Positions 36,731-46,059 of a DNA stretch of 51,748 nucleotides are shown here, one piece after another. Source of the stretch: Acidimicrobiia bacterium (GTDB taxonomy: Bacteria; Actinomycetota; Acidimicrobiia; Spongiisociales; ZC4RG35); contig DASWKM010000178.1 of assembly GCA_036396635.1 (NCBI GenBank), positions 1-51,748 on the forward strand, read 5' to 3'. Position 1 is the stretch's first letter, and every line of letters starts with the position of its first letter. The translations under genes and the position numbers were made by a program. The notes under the pieces are model-generated. The model made no database searches. It was not told the DNA's origin and saw only the letters and a program-made list of their open reading frames with translations.

Positions 36731-36814
36731 CATTGCGAGCCCCCCGGAACCAATTGGAAGGCCCCTGACTCCGCCCGCCTCTAGTTGGTACCAGCGCCCG
36801 GGGGGCTCGCAATG
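36731..36814 (+). promoter_or_regulatory. 17-bp perfect inverted repeat (predicted long RNA stem) whose 3' arm contains the rsmH start codon
   Basis: CATTGCGAGCCCCCCGG (36731-36747) is the exact reverse complement of CCGGGGGGCTCGCAATG (36798-36814). About 5 further pairs are possible after a bulge. The ATG at 36812-36814 is the rsmH start. Confidence 0.6.
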
Positions 36815-37747
36815 AACCAGGACCGGAGCACCGATTCAGATGGTTATCACCGGCCGGTCATGGTGGATGAGGTTGTCGAGTTGCTGGCACCCGTGATGCC
36901 GGGAGTGGTGGTAGACGCCACTTTCGGAGGCGGGGGTCACACGAGACGGTTGCTGGATGAGTTTGGAGAAGACGTGACAGTCGTAGGAATAGATCGCGAC
37001 CCCGATGCGGTGGCCAACGCTGCCGGGCTGGCCGCCACGGTGATTCAGGGCAATCTTGCCGATCTGGACGGTCTGGTGCGTTCGGTCACGAAAGAGCCTG
37101 TTGCCGGTGTCCTATTCGACTTTGGAGTGTCGTCACACCAGCTCGAGAAGGCCGAGCGCGGCTTCTCGTACCGCACCGAAGGGCCCCTCGACATGCGCAT
37201 GGGCCCGGACGCAAGAGTCTCGGCAGCCCAGATCGTCAACGAGTACGACATGTCTGAGCTCGCCCGGATCATCCGCGACCTCGGCGAGGAGCCCCATGCT
37301 CGTCGTATTGCCCGGGCGATAGTCGCTGCCCGACCCATCGAATCCACGGCCATGCTGTCCACCGTCATCGCACGAGCGATGCCCGCCGCCCGGCGTCGGG
37401 CAGGTCATCCTGCCCGACGCACGTTTCAAGCGATTCGGATCGCGGTTAATTCCGAGCTCGAAGCGGTTGCCGGCGGTGTTACCAAGGCGATCGACCTGGT
37501 GCGCCCCGGTGGCAGGATTGTGGCGATTTCGTATCACTCCCTCGAGGATCGCATCGTCAAGACAGAGTTCGCGAGGAGAGCAAAAGGTTGCACTTGCCCC
37601 CCCGATCTCCCGGTTTGCGGGTGTGGGAACACGACAGAAGTCCGGATCCTGACGAGAAAGCCGCTGCGAGCCTCGGCGGCGGAGATCGAGTCCAACAATC
37701 GGGCCCGCTCGGCGGTGCTGAGGGCAGTCGAGAAGGTGGCCTCGTGA
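36812..37747 (+). CDS. rsmH: 16S rRNA (cytosine1402-N4)-methyltransferase
   Basis: HRPVMVDEVVELL...VVDATFGGGGHTRRLL...FDFGVSSHQLE...SYHSLEDRIVK. Confidence 0.92.
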   Translation: MNQDRSTDSDGYHRPVMVDEVVELLAPVMPGVVVDATFGGGGHTRRLLDEFGEDVTVVGIDRDPDAVANAAGLAATVIQGNLADLDGLVRSVTKEPVAGVLFDFGVSSHQLEKAERGFSYRTEGPLDMRMGPDARVSAAQIVNEYDMSELARIIRDLGEEPHARRIARAIVAARPIESTAMLSTVIARAMPAARRRAGHPARRTFQAIRIAVNSELEAVAGGVTKAIDLVRPGGRIVAISYHSLEDRIVKTEFARRAKGCTCPPDLPVCGCGNTTEVRILTRKPLRASAAEIESNNRARSAVLRAVEKVAS

Positions 37748-38130
37748 CGTCCCAGCCCGCCCCGCGTCCGGTGCAGGTGGGCCGGCTGAGGGTGCTGAAG
37801 GGCCACCGACTTCGTCGACCCTCGATGGCACCGTGGATGATCATGGTCATCATCGCCGTGGTCGCCTTCCTCGGTCTCGGCTTTGCCCGCACCAGCCTCG
37901 ACAGGTCTGCGTTCGAATTGGCCGAGCTGACCAGGGCCATCGACGAGCAGGCCGCCCTCAACCAGCAACTCCGCTTGGAGGTCGCCCGTCTGGAGAACCC
38001 CGCACGTATCGCACCGCTCGCCGAGGACCTTGGCCTCGTCCTCCCCGACACGACCAACCGATTGCTGGTCAATCTGGACGCCCCAACGCCGGTTGTGGCG
38101 GAGGCCGACCGAGACGGAGCCAATCAGTGA
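37744..38130 (+). CDS. ftsL: Cell division protein FtsL-like (septum formation initiator)
   Basis: GTGA overlap with rsmH. Single TM (WMIMVIIAVVAFLGLGF) followed by a coiled coil (ELTRAIDEQAALNQQLRLEVARLENP). Located between rsmH and ftsI. Confidence 0.7.
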   Translation: MTSQPAPRPVQVGRLRVLKGHRLRRPSMAPWMIMVIIAVVAFLGLGFARTSLDRSAFELAELTRAIDEQAALNQQLRLEVARLENPARIAPLAEDLGLVLPDTTNRLLVNLDAPTPVVAEADRDGANQ

Positions 38131-38136
38131 ACCCCC

Positions 38137-39981
38137 GTGAACGCGCTGGAACCGGGCTTGACAACGGGGCCACGCCCCTCCGGATATCCAGCCGGAGCGC
38201 CGGTGGCCATGACGACTGTTAGCCAACCCCGTCTGAACCCGACTCGGGCCCGGATGGCCCTCATCGGCATCGTTGTCGTCCTTGCGTGGCTCGGCATGGG
38301 TTATCGCCTGTTCGAGATCCAGGTGGTCCGCGCCCCCGAGCTCGCTGAAAAAGGCCTGAGCCAACGTCTCGTGACCAGGGAGATGGCACCCCAGCGGGGC
38401 AAGATCTTCGATCGCAACGGGAACATCCTGGCCATGACGGTGGATGCGAAGAGCCTGTTTGCCGTGCCGGACCAGGTTGAGGAGCCTCTGTGGGTCGCGC
38501 AGCAGATCGGAGGGCTTCTCGGTGTCGATTCGGATGTCCTCTACGACCGTCTGACCAGTGACAAGGACTTCATATACATCAAACGTCAGGTCGACGGTGT
38601 GCTGGCAGAGAAAGTGCTCGCCCTGGAGATGGCAGGGGTTTTCGCCCATCCCGAGCCAACCCGGATCTACCCCGCCGGCCCGGTGGCGTCCCACGTGACC
38701 GGCTTCGTCGACATCGATGGTGATGGTCAGGATGGGGTGGAGCTCGTCTACGACGACGAGCTGCGCGGTGTCCCGGGCAGTGCGGTCTATGAGAGAGACC
38801 GGGCAGGGCGGGTGATACCCCAGGGCAACTCGAACATCGTGCCCGCCATCCCCGGGCTCGACCTGATGACCACCATCGACCTGCCCCTGCAATATCAGGC
38901 GCAGCAGGCATGTGTCGACGCCGTTGAGAGGACCTCGGCGCGGTCATGCTGGGCGGTGGCGATCTCGGTCGAGACCGGAGAGGTCCTGGCGATGGTTGGC
39001 GCTCCCGTCTTCGATCCACAGACCCGACAGACCCTCGATCCAGCGTGCGATCACGCCGAGGATCCCGCTGCATGCGGCATGTTCTCCAACTTCGTGGTGA
39101 GAGGCATCTTCGAGCCGGGCTCCACCCAGAAGATGATCACCGTGGCCGCTGCCTTGGAGGAATCCGAGGTCACGGTGGGGACGGTCATCGAGGGCGTGGA
39201 CGACGAGTACGAACTTCTCGAAGGCGCTTGTCGTTCAGGTGATGACGATGTCATCGGCTGTTACCGCGACTTCGATGCGCACGAGATCGAGGACATGACC
39301 GTGGCCGAGATATTCACTCGGTCCTCGAACGTCGGGACCATTGAGGTTGCCAAGACTTTGGGTGAGGCGAGACTGGTCGAGTACATCCGGGCATTCGGCC
39401 TCGGTGACAAGACAGGCATCGACTACACGGTCGAGGCCCCCGGGATCCTTCGTTTCGATGCGGGATGCCAGACCTGTTGGGCATCGGCCGCCATCGGCTA
39501 CTCGGTCGCCGCCACACCGCTGCAGATGGCAGCGGCGTACGCGGCCATCGGCAACGACGGCGTGTGGATCACTCCCCACATCGTCCGCTCGAAGGTCGAC
39601 TCCACCGGTCAGACAGAGGTAGCCGGGATCAAGACTCATGAAGTCGTCTCTCCGACCACTGCGCTGCTGATGAGGGAGCTTCTGGCGAAGGTTGTGGAAA
39701 AGGGGACAGGGCACAACGCTGCAGTCGACGGGTACCGGGTAGGGGGCAAGACCGGAACCGCCAACCAGCTCGGGGAGGATGGGCATTACACCGAGGCCAC
39801 TAACGCGTCGTTCGTCGGCATGGCCCCGATCAACGATCCCAAGGTGGTGGTGGCGGTGGTGATCGACTCCCCCGCCTACGAGTTTCGCACGGGTGGTCTC
39901 TCGGCAGCCCCGGTTTTTGCCGAGATCATGGAGTACGCACTCCACAGTCTCGGGGTGAGCCCTGATGGCACGAGCGGGTGA
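38137..39981 (+). CDS. ftsI: Class B penicillin-binding protein (FtsI/PBP3-type transpeptidase)
   Basis: N-terminal TM helix, then SxxK (GSTQKM), SxN (RSSNVG) and KTGT (GGKTGTA). Confidence 0.9.
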   Translation: MNALEPGLTTGPRPSGYPAGAPVAMTTVSQPRLNPTRARMALIGIVVVLAWLGMGYRLFEIQVVRAPELAEKGLSQRLVTREMAPQRGKIFDRNGNILAMTVDAKSLFAVPDQVEEPLWVAQQIGGLLGVDSDVLYDRLTSDKDFIYIKRQVDGVLAEKVLALEMAGVFAHPEPTRIYPAGPVASHVTGFVDIDGDGQDGVELVYDDELRGVPGSAVYERDRAGRVIPQGNSNIVPAIPGLDLMTTIDLPLQYQAQQACVDAVERTSARSCWAVAISVETGEVLAMVGAPVFDPQTRQTLDPACDHAEDPAACGMFSNFVVRGIFEPGSTQKMITVAAALEESEVTVGTVIEGVDDEYELLEGACRSGDDDVIGCYRDFDAHEIEDMTVAEIFTRSSNVGTIEVAKTLGEARLVEYIRAFGLGDKTGIDYTVEAPGILRFDAGCQTCWASAAIGYSVAATPLQMAAAYAAIGNDGVWITPHIVRSKVDSTGQTEVAGIKTHEVVSPTTALLMRELLAKVVEKGTGHNAAVDGYRVGGKTGTANQLGEDGHYTEATNASFVGMAPINDPKVVVAVVIDSPAYEFRTGGLSAAPVFAEIMEYALHSLGVSPDGTSG

Positions 39982-41455
39982 AACGTTGACGCGGCTGGCC
40001 ACCCTCGTGGGCGGCGTGGTTGTAGGCACGGATGATCCCCACGTCACGGATGTGACCCATGACTCTCGATCCGTCGTGCCAGGAAGCCTCTATGTGGCGA
40101 TTAGAGGCGCCGCCGCCGATGGTCACGACTTCGTCACGGCCGCGATCGAGGCAGGCGCGGCGGCCGTCTGCGTGGATCACGGGATGGGGATTGCGTCGCC
40201 TCAACTGATCGTGGATGACACGCGTGCCGTGCTCGGCGCCCTTGCAGACGCCGTTCACGGATCACCATCCGCCCACGTCAAGGTGATCGGGGTGACAGGC
40301 ACCAACGGGAAGACCACCGTGACCCATTACATCGAGTCCATTGCGGCGGGGGCAGGCCTGACCGTGGGCCTGGTCGGCACGATCCAGACACGGGTCGGCG
40401 GCGTGGGTGTCCCCTCGGTGCGCACCACGCCCGAGGCCTCGGACTTCCAACGTCTGCTTGCCCAGATGCGGGACCATGGAGCGGACTTGGTGGCAGCGGA
40501 GGTCTCGTCTCATGCCCTCGAGTACGGTCGGGTGCTGGCAACACGATTCGCCGTGGCCGCAATCACCAACCTCTCTCAGGACCACCTCGACTTTCACGGC
40601 GACATGGCCTCCTACCGCGCCTCCAAGACCCGGCTGTTCACCGAGTACGAACTGGCCATGGCGGTTGTCAACATCGATGACCCGGTGGGGGCTGATCTGG
40701 CCTCTGGCTACCGCGGGGAGATCCTGACCGTGGGCGTCGACGGGCACGTCAGCGCCACCGACATCGTGTCAGACCGGATGGGCAGCCGCTTCCGGCTCGC
40801 CACACCGTGGGGAAGCGCCGACGTCGACGCACCTGTCCTGGGTGAGTTCAATGTGTCGAACCTGGTCGTGGCCGCCACGTGTTGTCTCGCTGTCGGTATG
40901 GGATTCGACGACGTCCTCTCGGGAATGGGCCATGTCGCCGGGGTCCCTGGGAGGTTTGAGGTCGTCTCGGGTGACGATCCGGTCACGGTGGTCGTCGACT
41001 ATGCGCATACGCCTGAAGGGGTGGCAAAGGCGGTCGACACGGGCCGCGGCCTCACCGATGGTCGGGTCATCGCCCTGGTGGGTGCCGGCGGCGATCGTGA
41101 TCGTGACAAGCGCCCTGCAATGGGAGCGGCTATCTCACGTGCCGACCTGGCCATCATCACCAGTGACAATCCGCGCTCCGAGGAGCCGGCTTCGATCGTG
41201 GAGGCCGTGGCCGGCGGGATTGACCTCAGGGCGGACCGATTGATCGAGGTGGATCGGCGTCGGGCCATCGAATTGGCGCTGCAACAGGCGTGCCCAGGTG
41301 ATCTCGTCCTCATCTTGGGTCGGGGTCACGAGCCGATGCAAGAGGCCGGCGGTGAGCGCATCCCGTTCGACGATCGGAGCGTGGCTCACGACGCGCTGAC
41401 CCGATTGCGGAGGTCCTCGGAATCCGATCGCCAATCAGGGAGCATGTCGACGTGA
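39965..41455 (+). CDS. murE: UDP-N-acetylmuramoyl-L-alanyl-D-glutamate--2,6-diaminopimelate ligase
   Basis: VIGVTGTNGKTT, EVSSHALEYGRV, and the DAP-specificity motif TSDNPRSEEP. Confidence 0.92.
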   Translation: MARAGETLTRLATLVGGVVVGTDDPHVTDVTHDSRSVVPGSLYVAIRGAAADGHDFVTAAIEAGAAAVCVDHGMGIASPQLIVDDTRAVLGALADAVHGSPSAHVKVIGVTGTNGKTTVTHYIESIAAGAGLTVGLVGTIQTRVGGVGVPSVRTTPEASDFQRLLAQMRDHGADLVAAEVSSHALEYGRVLATRFAVAAITNLSQDHLDFHGDMASYRASKTRLFTEYELAMAVVNIDDPVGADLASGYRGEILTVGVDGHVSATDIVSDRMGSRFRLATPWGSADVDAPVLGEFNVSNLVVAATCCLAVGMGFDDVLSGMGHVAGVPGRFEVVSGDDPVTVVVDYAHTPEGVAKAVDTGRGLTDGRVIALVGAGGDRDRDKRPAMGAAISRADLAIITSDNPRSEEPASIVEAVAGGIDLRADRLIEVDRRRAIELALQQACPGDLVLILGRGHEPMQEAGGERIPFDDRSVAHDALTRLRRSSESDRQSGSMST

Positions 41456-42522
41456 TTCCCCTGCTCGTGGCGGCCGCCCTCGGTCTGCTTCTCTCCATCT
41501 TTGGGACTCCGTACGCCATCCGGGTGTTGCGACGTCGCCAGATCGGTCAGTTCATCCAGGAGGACATCCAGGGCCAACATGCCCACAAGCAGGGGACACC
41601 GACGATGGGAGGTGTGGTCTTCGTCACCGCCGCGGTCATCGGATGGTTGCTCGCCCACTTGCGGATATGGGGCCCTGAGACGGGGTTCACATTCGAGGTG
41701 CGCCCGTTCGGCACCGGCGGGTGGTTGGCGGCGCTTGCTCTGGTGGGGATGGCATTGGTCGGTCTGGCTGACGACTGGATGAAGTACACGCGACGGCGAA
41801 GCCTCGGGCTCTCCAAGCTGACGAAATTCGGAGGACAGCTTGGGATCGCCGCCTTGTTTGCCTGGGGAGCCACCCAGGCAGGCATCGTGACGGAGATCTC
41901 ATTCGTGAGGCCATTGGGGATCGATCTCGGCGTCTTCTTCGTGGTCTGGGTCTTGGTGATGCTGACCGGCGCCGCCAACGGAGTGAATCTGGCGGACGGC
42001 ATGGACGGTCTGGCCGGTGGGGCATCGGCCCTGGTGATCGGGGCATACACCATCATTGCCTTTTGGCAGTTCAGGAATTCCGAGGTCTTCCGCCCGGACC
42101 CGATCTATCAGGCCGTGTCGCCGCTGGAGTTGGCGATGATCGCATCGGCCATGTTTGGCGCCCTGCTCGGCTTCCTATGGTGGAACGCGCCGCCGGCGAA
42201 GATCTTCATGGGGGATGTGGGAAGTCATGGAATCGGTGGGCTTCTGGCGGCCCTGGCACTCCTGACGAATACCCACCTGCTCCTCGTCCTGGTCGGCGCC
42301 ATCTTCGTCGCCGAGACGCTGTCCGTGATCGTCCAGGTGGCCAGCTTCAAGCTCACGGGCAGAAGAGTGCTCCGAATGTCACCGCTTCATTTCCATTTCG
42401 ACCTCGAGGGGTGGCCCGAGACCACCGTTGTGATTCGCTTCTGGATCCTCACCGGTATCGGTGTGGCCCTTGGCCTCGGGTTCTTCTACGCCGACTTCCT
42501 TCGTTTCGAGGGGATCCTTTGA
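41452..42522 (+). CDS. mraY: Phospho-N-acetylmuramoyl-pentapeptide transferase
   Basis: KQGTPTMGGV, NGVNLADGMDGLA, FMGDVGSHGIGG. GTGA overlap with murE. Confidence 0.95.
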   Translation: MIPLLVAAALGLLLSIFGTPYAIRVLRRRQIGQFIQEDIQGQHAHKQGTPTMGGVVFVTAAVIGWLLAHLRIWGPETGFTFEVRPFGTGGWLAALALVGMALVGLADDWMKYTRRRSLGLSKLTKFGGQLGIAALFAWGATQAGIVTEISFVRPLGIDLGVFFVVWVLVMLTGAANGVNLADGMDGLAGGASALVIGAYTIIAFWQFRNSEVFRPDPIYQAVSPLELAMIASAMFGALLGFLWWNAPPAKIFMGDVGSHGIGGLLAALALLTNTHLLLVLVGAIFVAETLSVIVQVASFKLTGRRVLRMSPLHFHFDLEGWPETTVVIRFWILTGIGVALGLGFFYADFLRFEGIL

Positions 42523-43814
42523 GCCGCTTGCTGATCCTGGGCGCTGGAGTGTCAGGCGTGGCGGCCGCCAGGCTGGCCCGTAGCAGCGGAATGACCGTCA
42601 CCGTTTTCGACGAGCGGCCCTCGAGCCTCATGGCAGACCTCGCTGTCGGCCTGGCCATAGGTGAGTGGGATCCGCTGTTGCTCAACGGGGTCGACCTCGT
42701 GGTGGCCAGCCCCGGGTTCTCCGAGCGGTCGCGACCGGTGGTTGACGTCTTGGAGAGCGGCATCCCGATCTGGAGCGAGATCGAGCTGGCGTACCACCAT
42801 CTCCAAAGTCCGGTGATCGCCATCACGGGCACCAATGGGAAGACCACGGTCACCGAGGCGGCGGCAGCGATGCTCGATGCATCCGGCCTCGAAGCTCCGG
42901 CCACCGGGAACATCGGCGCCCCACTCTCCGATTTCGCCGACACGTCCTACGACGCACTCGTCGTGGAAGTGTCCAGCTTTCAGCTCCGCTTCATCGAAGA
43001 GTTTCACCCGGTGGCGGCTGCGATCACGAATGTCGCCGTCGATCATCTCGACTGGCATGGCTCTGCCTACGCCTATCGGGAGGCAAAGGCCCGGATCTAT
43101 GAGAACCAGACAGATGCGGATCTCTTGGTCTTCGACGCCGACGACGCGGGAGCGTCCCGGCTCGCCTCCTACGCGCCCTCGGAGCTGTACCCCGTCTCGG
43201 GCTCAACGGTTCCCGAGGGAGGTGGCGGATTCGACGGTCGAAACCTGATCGTGGGCGACGTGGCCATCGACGTCACGGATCTGATGAGCGACGACCCCAC
43301 CCACCTGGTCAACCTGGCCTGCGCCGGTGCCCTGGCATTGCGGATGGGGGCAACGCCCGAAGGGGTTGGCAGCGGTGCGATCAACTACCGGCCTGGCGCG
43401 CACCGACGCTCCGTGATCGCCACCGAAGGCGGTGTCACCTGGGTCGATGACTCCAAGGCCACCAACCCCCATGCGGCAGTTGCATCCATCCGGGCGCACG
43501 ACTCGGTGATCCTGATTGCCGGTGGCCTGGCAAAGGGCATCGAGCTGTCGCCCATAACCGACGAGCCCAACGTACGACTGCTCATCGGCATCGGTGACGC
43601 GGGACCGTCTCTGGTCGAGGCTGCAGCCGAGCGTGGCCGTCTTGCCGGGACGTTGGAGATCGCCGTCGAGGTGGCGGCGAGCGCGGCCCAGCCGGGTGAC
43701 ACGGTGCTACTGGCTCCCGGATGCGCCTCATTCGATCAGTTCTCGTCGTATGGGGCGCGCGGCGATCGTTTCACCGAGTTGGTACTGGCCAGATTGGGAG
43801 GAAACCCACGGTGA
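42519..43814 (+). CDS. murD: UDP-N-acetylmuramoylalanine--D-glutamate ligase
   Basis: LILGAGVSGVAAARL, ITGTNGKTTV. The TTG start overlaps the mraY stop (TTGA). The track ORF's 5' extension overlaps mraY out of frame. Confidence 0.92.
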   Translation: MSRLLILGAGVSGVAAARLARSSGMTVTVFDERPSSLMADLAVGLAIGEWDPLLLNGVDLVVASPGFSERSRPVVDVLESGIPIWSEIELAYHHLQSPVIAITGTNGKTTVTEAAAAMLDASGLEAPATGNIGAPLSDFADTSYDALVVEVSSFQLRFIEEFHPVAAAITNVAVDHLDWHGSAYAYREAKARIYENQTDADLLVFDADDAGASRLASYAPSELYPVSGSTVPEGGGGFDGRNLIVGDVAIDVTDLMSDDPTHLVNLACAGALALRMGATPEGVGSGAINYRPGAHRRSVIATEGGVTWVDDSKATNPHAAVASIRAHDSVILIAGGLAKGIELSPITDEPNVRLLIGIGDAGPSLVEAAAERGRLAGTLEIAVEVAASAAQPGDTVLLAPGCASFDQFSSYGARGDRFTELVLARLGGNPR

Positions 43815-44983
43815 CAGCCAATGTGACATCGCTCGCCAAGGTCAGAGCGGCGGCACGGGACAAGATCGCGCGGCAACAGGTCAACGATCGAGCCACCACG
43901 ACGCTGCTCGTGCTGGTCGTCGTGCTGGTCGTCGTCGGGCTCGGGGTGACGATGTCGGCATCGTCCGCTGTGGCCCTACAGACAACCGGTAACGCAGATC
44001 AATACCACTTCCTCAAGAGGCAGCTCGTCGGTGTGGGGTTGGGCACCCTTGCCCTGCTGGTCGCGTCCCGAATCTCATACCGCTTCTATCGCAAGTTGGC
44101 GATACCGGCGTTTCTGCTGACCGTTGGCCTGCTCATCGCTGTGGACCTCAACGGGATGACCGAGGGAGGTGCCACCCGGTGGCTCAAGGTTCCTGGCGTC
44201 ACGTCCTTCCAACCCTCCGAGCTGGCCAAGGTGAGCGTCGTGTTCGTGCTGGCCTTCCTCTTTGAGCGAAAGCACAAGCTCCTCACCACTTTCGGCCACT
44301 TCATGATCCCGGTGGCGGCGACACTGGGTGTGGTTGGCGTCCTGGTGATCCGCCAGCCCGACCTGGGCACCTTGATCATCATTGGCGCCGCGGCCATGGC
44401 AGTGATCGTGGCCAGTGACACACCCATGAAGTTCGTGCTCTTGTTGGGTGTGATCGCCATCCTCGCAGCGACCTATCTGGCCTTCGACGCCGATTATCGA
44501 AGCACACGCATCGAAGCGTTCCTCGATCCCTATGCAGATCCTTCGGGCGATGGATATCAGCTCATTCAGGGTTACTACGCCCTGGGGAATGGCGGGATCT
44601 TCGGGGTGGGCCTCGGAGCCTCACGGGCCCGATGGTTCTATCTACCCAACGCACACACCGACTTCATCTTCGCCATCATCGGTGAGGAGACGGGCCTGCT
44701 CGGGGGTCTCACTGTCATCGGCCTTTTCATTGCGCTGGCGGTGGCCGGCTGGGTGGTGGCGGTGAGGGCCCCCGATCGCTTCGGGCGGATGGTCGCCGCC
44801 GGGATCACCGTCTGGCTCTCGTTCCAGGCCCTGGTCAACATCGGTGGCGTGCTTGGCGTGGTGCCCATCACCGGGATCGCCCTTCCCTTCGTGTCGTTTG
44901 GCTCGACCGCACTGGCCGTGTCGATGGGAGCAGTCGGCATCCTGGTCAACATCGCGCAGTCCGGCGTCGACCGCAAGACATGA
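43811..44983 (+). CDS. ftsW: Peptidoglycan glycosyltransferase FtsW (SEDS family)
   Basis: Polytopic, with SFQPSELAK and TDFIFAIIGEE blocks. GTGA overlap with murD. Confidence 0.92.
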   Translation: MTANVTSLAKVRAAARDKIARQQVNDRATTTLLVLVVVLVVVGLGVTMSASSAVALQTTGNADQYHFLKRQLVGVGLGTLALLVASRISYRFYRKLAIPAFLLTVGLLIAVDLNGMTEGGATRWLKVPGVTSFQPSELAKVSVVFVLAFLFERKHKLLTTFGHFMIPVAATLGVVGVLVIRQPDLGTLIIIGAAAMAVIVASDTPMKFVLLLGVIAILAATYLAFDADYRSTRIEAFLDPYADPSGDGYQLIQGYYALGNGGIFGVGLGASRARWFYLPNAHTDFIFAIIGEETGLLGGLTVIGLFIALAVAGWVVAVRAPDRFGRMVAAGITVWLSFQALVNIGGVLGVVPITGIALPFVSFGSTALAVSMGAVGILVNIAQSGVDRKT

Positions 44984-46059
44984 CCTTCCTGATTGCAGCC
45001 GCAGGTACCGGTGGTCATGTCTATCCCGGTCTGTCGGTCGGCGAGGCCCTGGTCGAGCTGGGGGTCGACAAGAGCGAGATCGTGTACGTAGGCGGAGATC
45101 GGCTCGAGTCCGTCGTGTATCCCGGTGAGGGGTTTCGCTTCCTCGGGATCGAGCTGGCCGGTCTCAAACGCTCGTTGACGCTCGAGAATCTCAAGATCCC
45201 ATACGTTGTGGCGAGGGCCCGCAGGGCGATGACCGAACTCATTGCCGGCTCAGGGGTGAGGGTCGTCATCGGCATGGGCGGGTATGTCACCATCCCGGCG
45301 GCCCTCGCCGCCCGGAAACGAAGGGTGGCCTTCTACAACGCGGAGCAGAACGCCGAGGCCGGTCTGGCCAACAGAATCACAGCAAGATGGGCACGCGAGA
45401 CCTTCGTGTCGTTTCCCGCGACCGCGGGGCTCCCCTACGGACGGTGGGTGGGCAACCCGGTCCGTCGGATGTTCTGGGAGTTCGATCGCCCCTCCCTCAT
45501 CGGGGCCGCAAGAGACCACTATGAGTTGTCGAAGGACGTCCCCACCCTCGGCGTGTTCGGCGGCTCACTCGGGGCGGGGGTGATCAACGACGCGGTGGCC
45601 GGCATGCTCGAGCGATGGAAGGGTGATCGAATTGATGTGGTCCACCTGACCGGGAAGAGCCATCTCGAATCACTCGGCTCGAGACCGGGGGGCCGAGGCG
45701 TGAACTGGCTGAGAAAGGCGTTCGAGGAGCGCATGGATCTCTTCTACGCTGCTTGTGACCTGGTGGTCGCAAGGGCGGGCGGGGCGGTCGCCGAGCTCAC
45801 GGCGACCGGAACCCCATCCGTGCTCATCCCCGGGCGGTTTGGCTCGACCGGTCATCAGGCAGGCAATGCGAGAGTCCTCGAGCAAGCAGGGGCTGCCGTC
45901 GTCATCGATCAGGACGCCTTGGCCGAGCTGGCTCCGACCGTCCAGCGCCTCCTGCCCGATGTCGGCCGACTCGCGGAGATGACCACTGCTTGTGGTGCCA
46001 TTGCCAAGCCGGAGGCGGCCCTTACCATCGCCGGGGCGATGATCGAGGCGGCAGTATGA
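44980..46059 (+). CDS. murG: Undecaprenyldiphospho-muramoylpentapeptide beta-N-acetylglucosaminyltransferase
   Basis: AAGTGGHVYPGLSV... and C-terminal ARAGGAVAELTATGTPSVLIP. ATGA overlap with ftsW. Confidence 0.93.
   Translation: MTFLIAAAGTGGHVYPGLSVGEALVELGVDKSEIVYVGGDRLESVVYPGEGFRFLGIELAGLKRSLTLENLKIPYVVARARRAMTELIAGSGVRVVIGMGGYVTIPAALAARKRRVAFYNAEQNAEAGLANRITARWARETFVSFPATAGLPYGRWVGNPVRRMFWEFDRPSLIGAARDHYELSKDVPTLGVFGGSLGAGVINDAVAGMLERWKGDRIDVVHLTGKSHLESLGSRPGGRGVNWLRKAFEERMDLFYAACDLVVARAGGAVAELTATGTPSVLIPGRFGSTGHQAGNARVLEQAGAAVVIDQDALAELAPTVQRLLPDVGRLAEMTTACGAIAKPEAALTIAGAMIEAAV

Noticed and set aside
37534-38892. 452-aa minus-strand ORF across rsmH/ftsL/ftsI, and the similar 49159..50034 ORF opposite ftsZ
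   Set aside because: These are antisense to highly conserved dcw genes, and their composition is non-protein-like.
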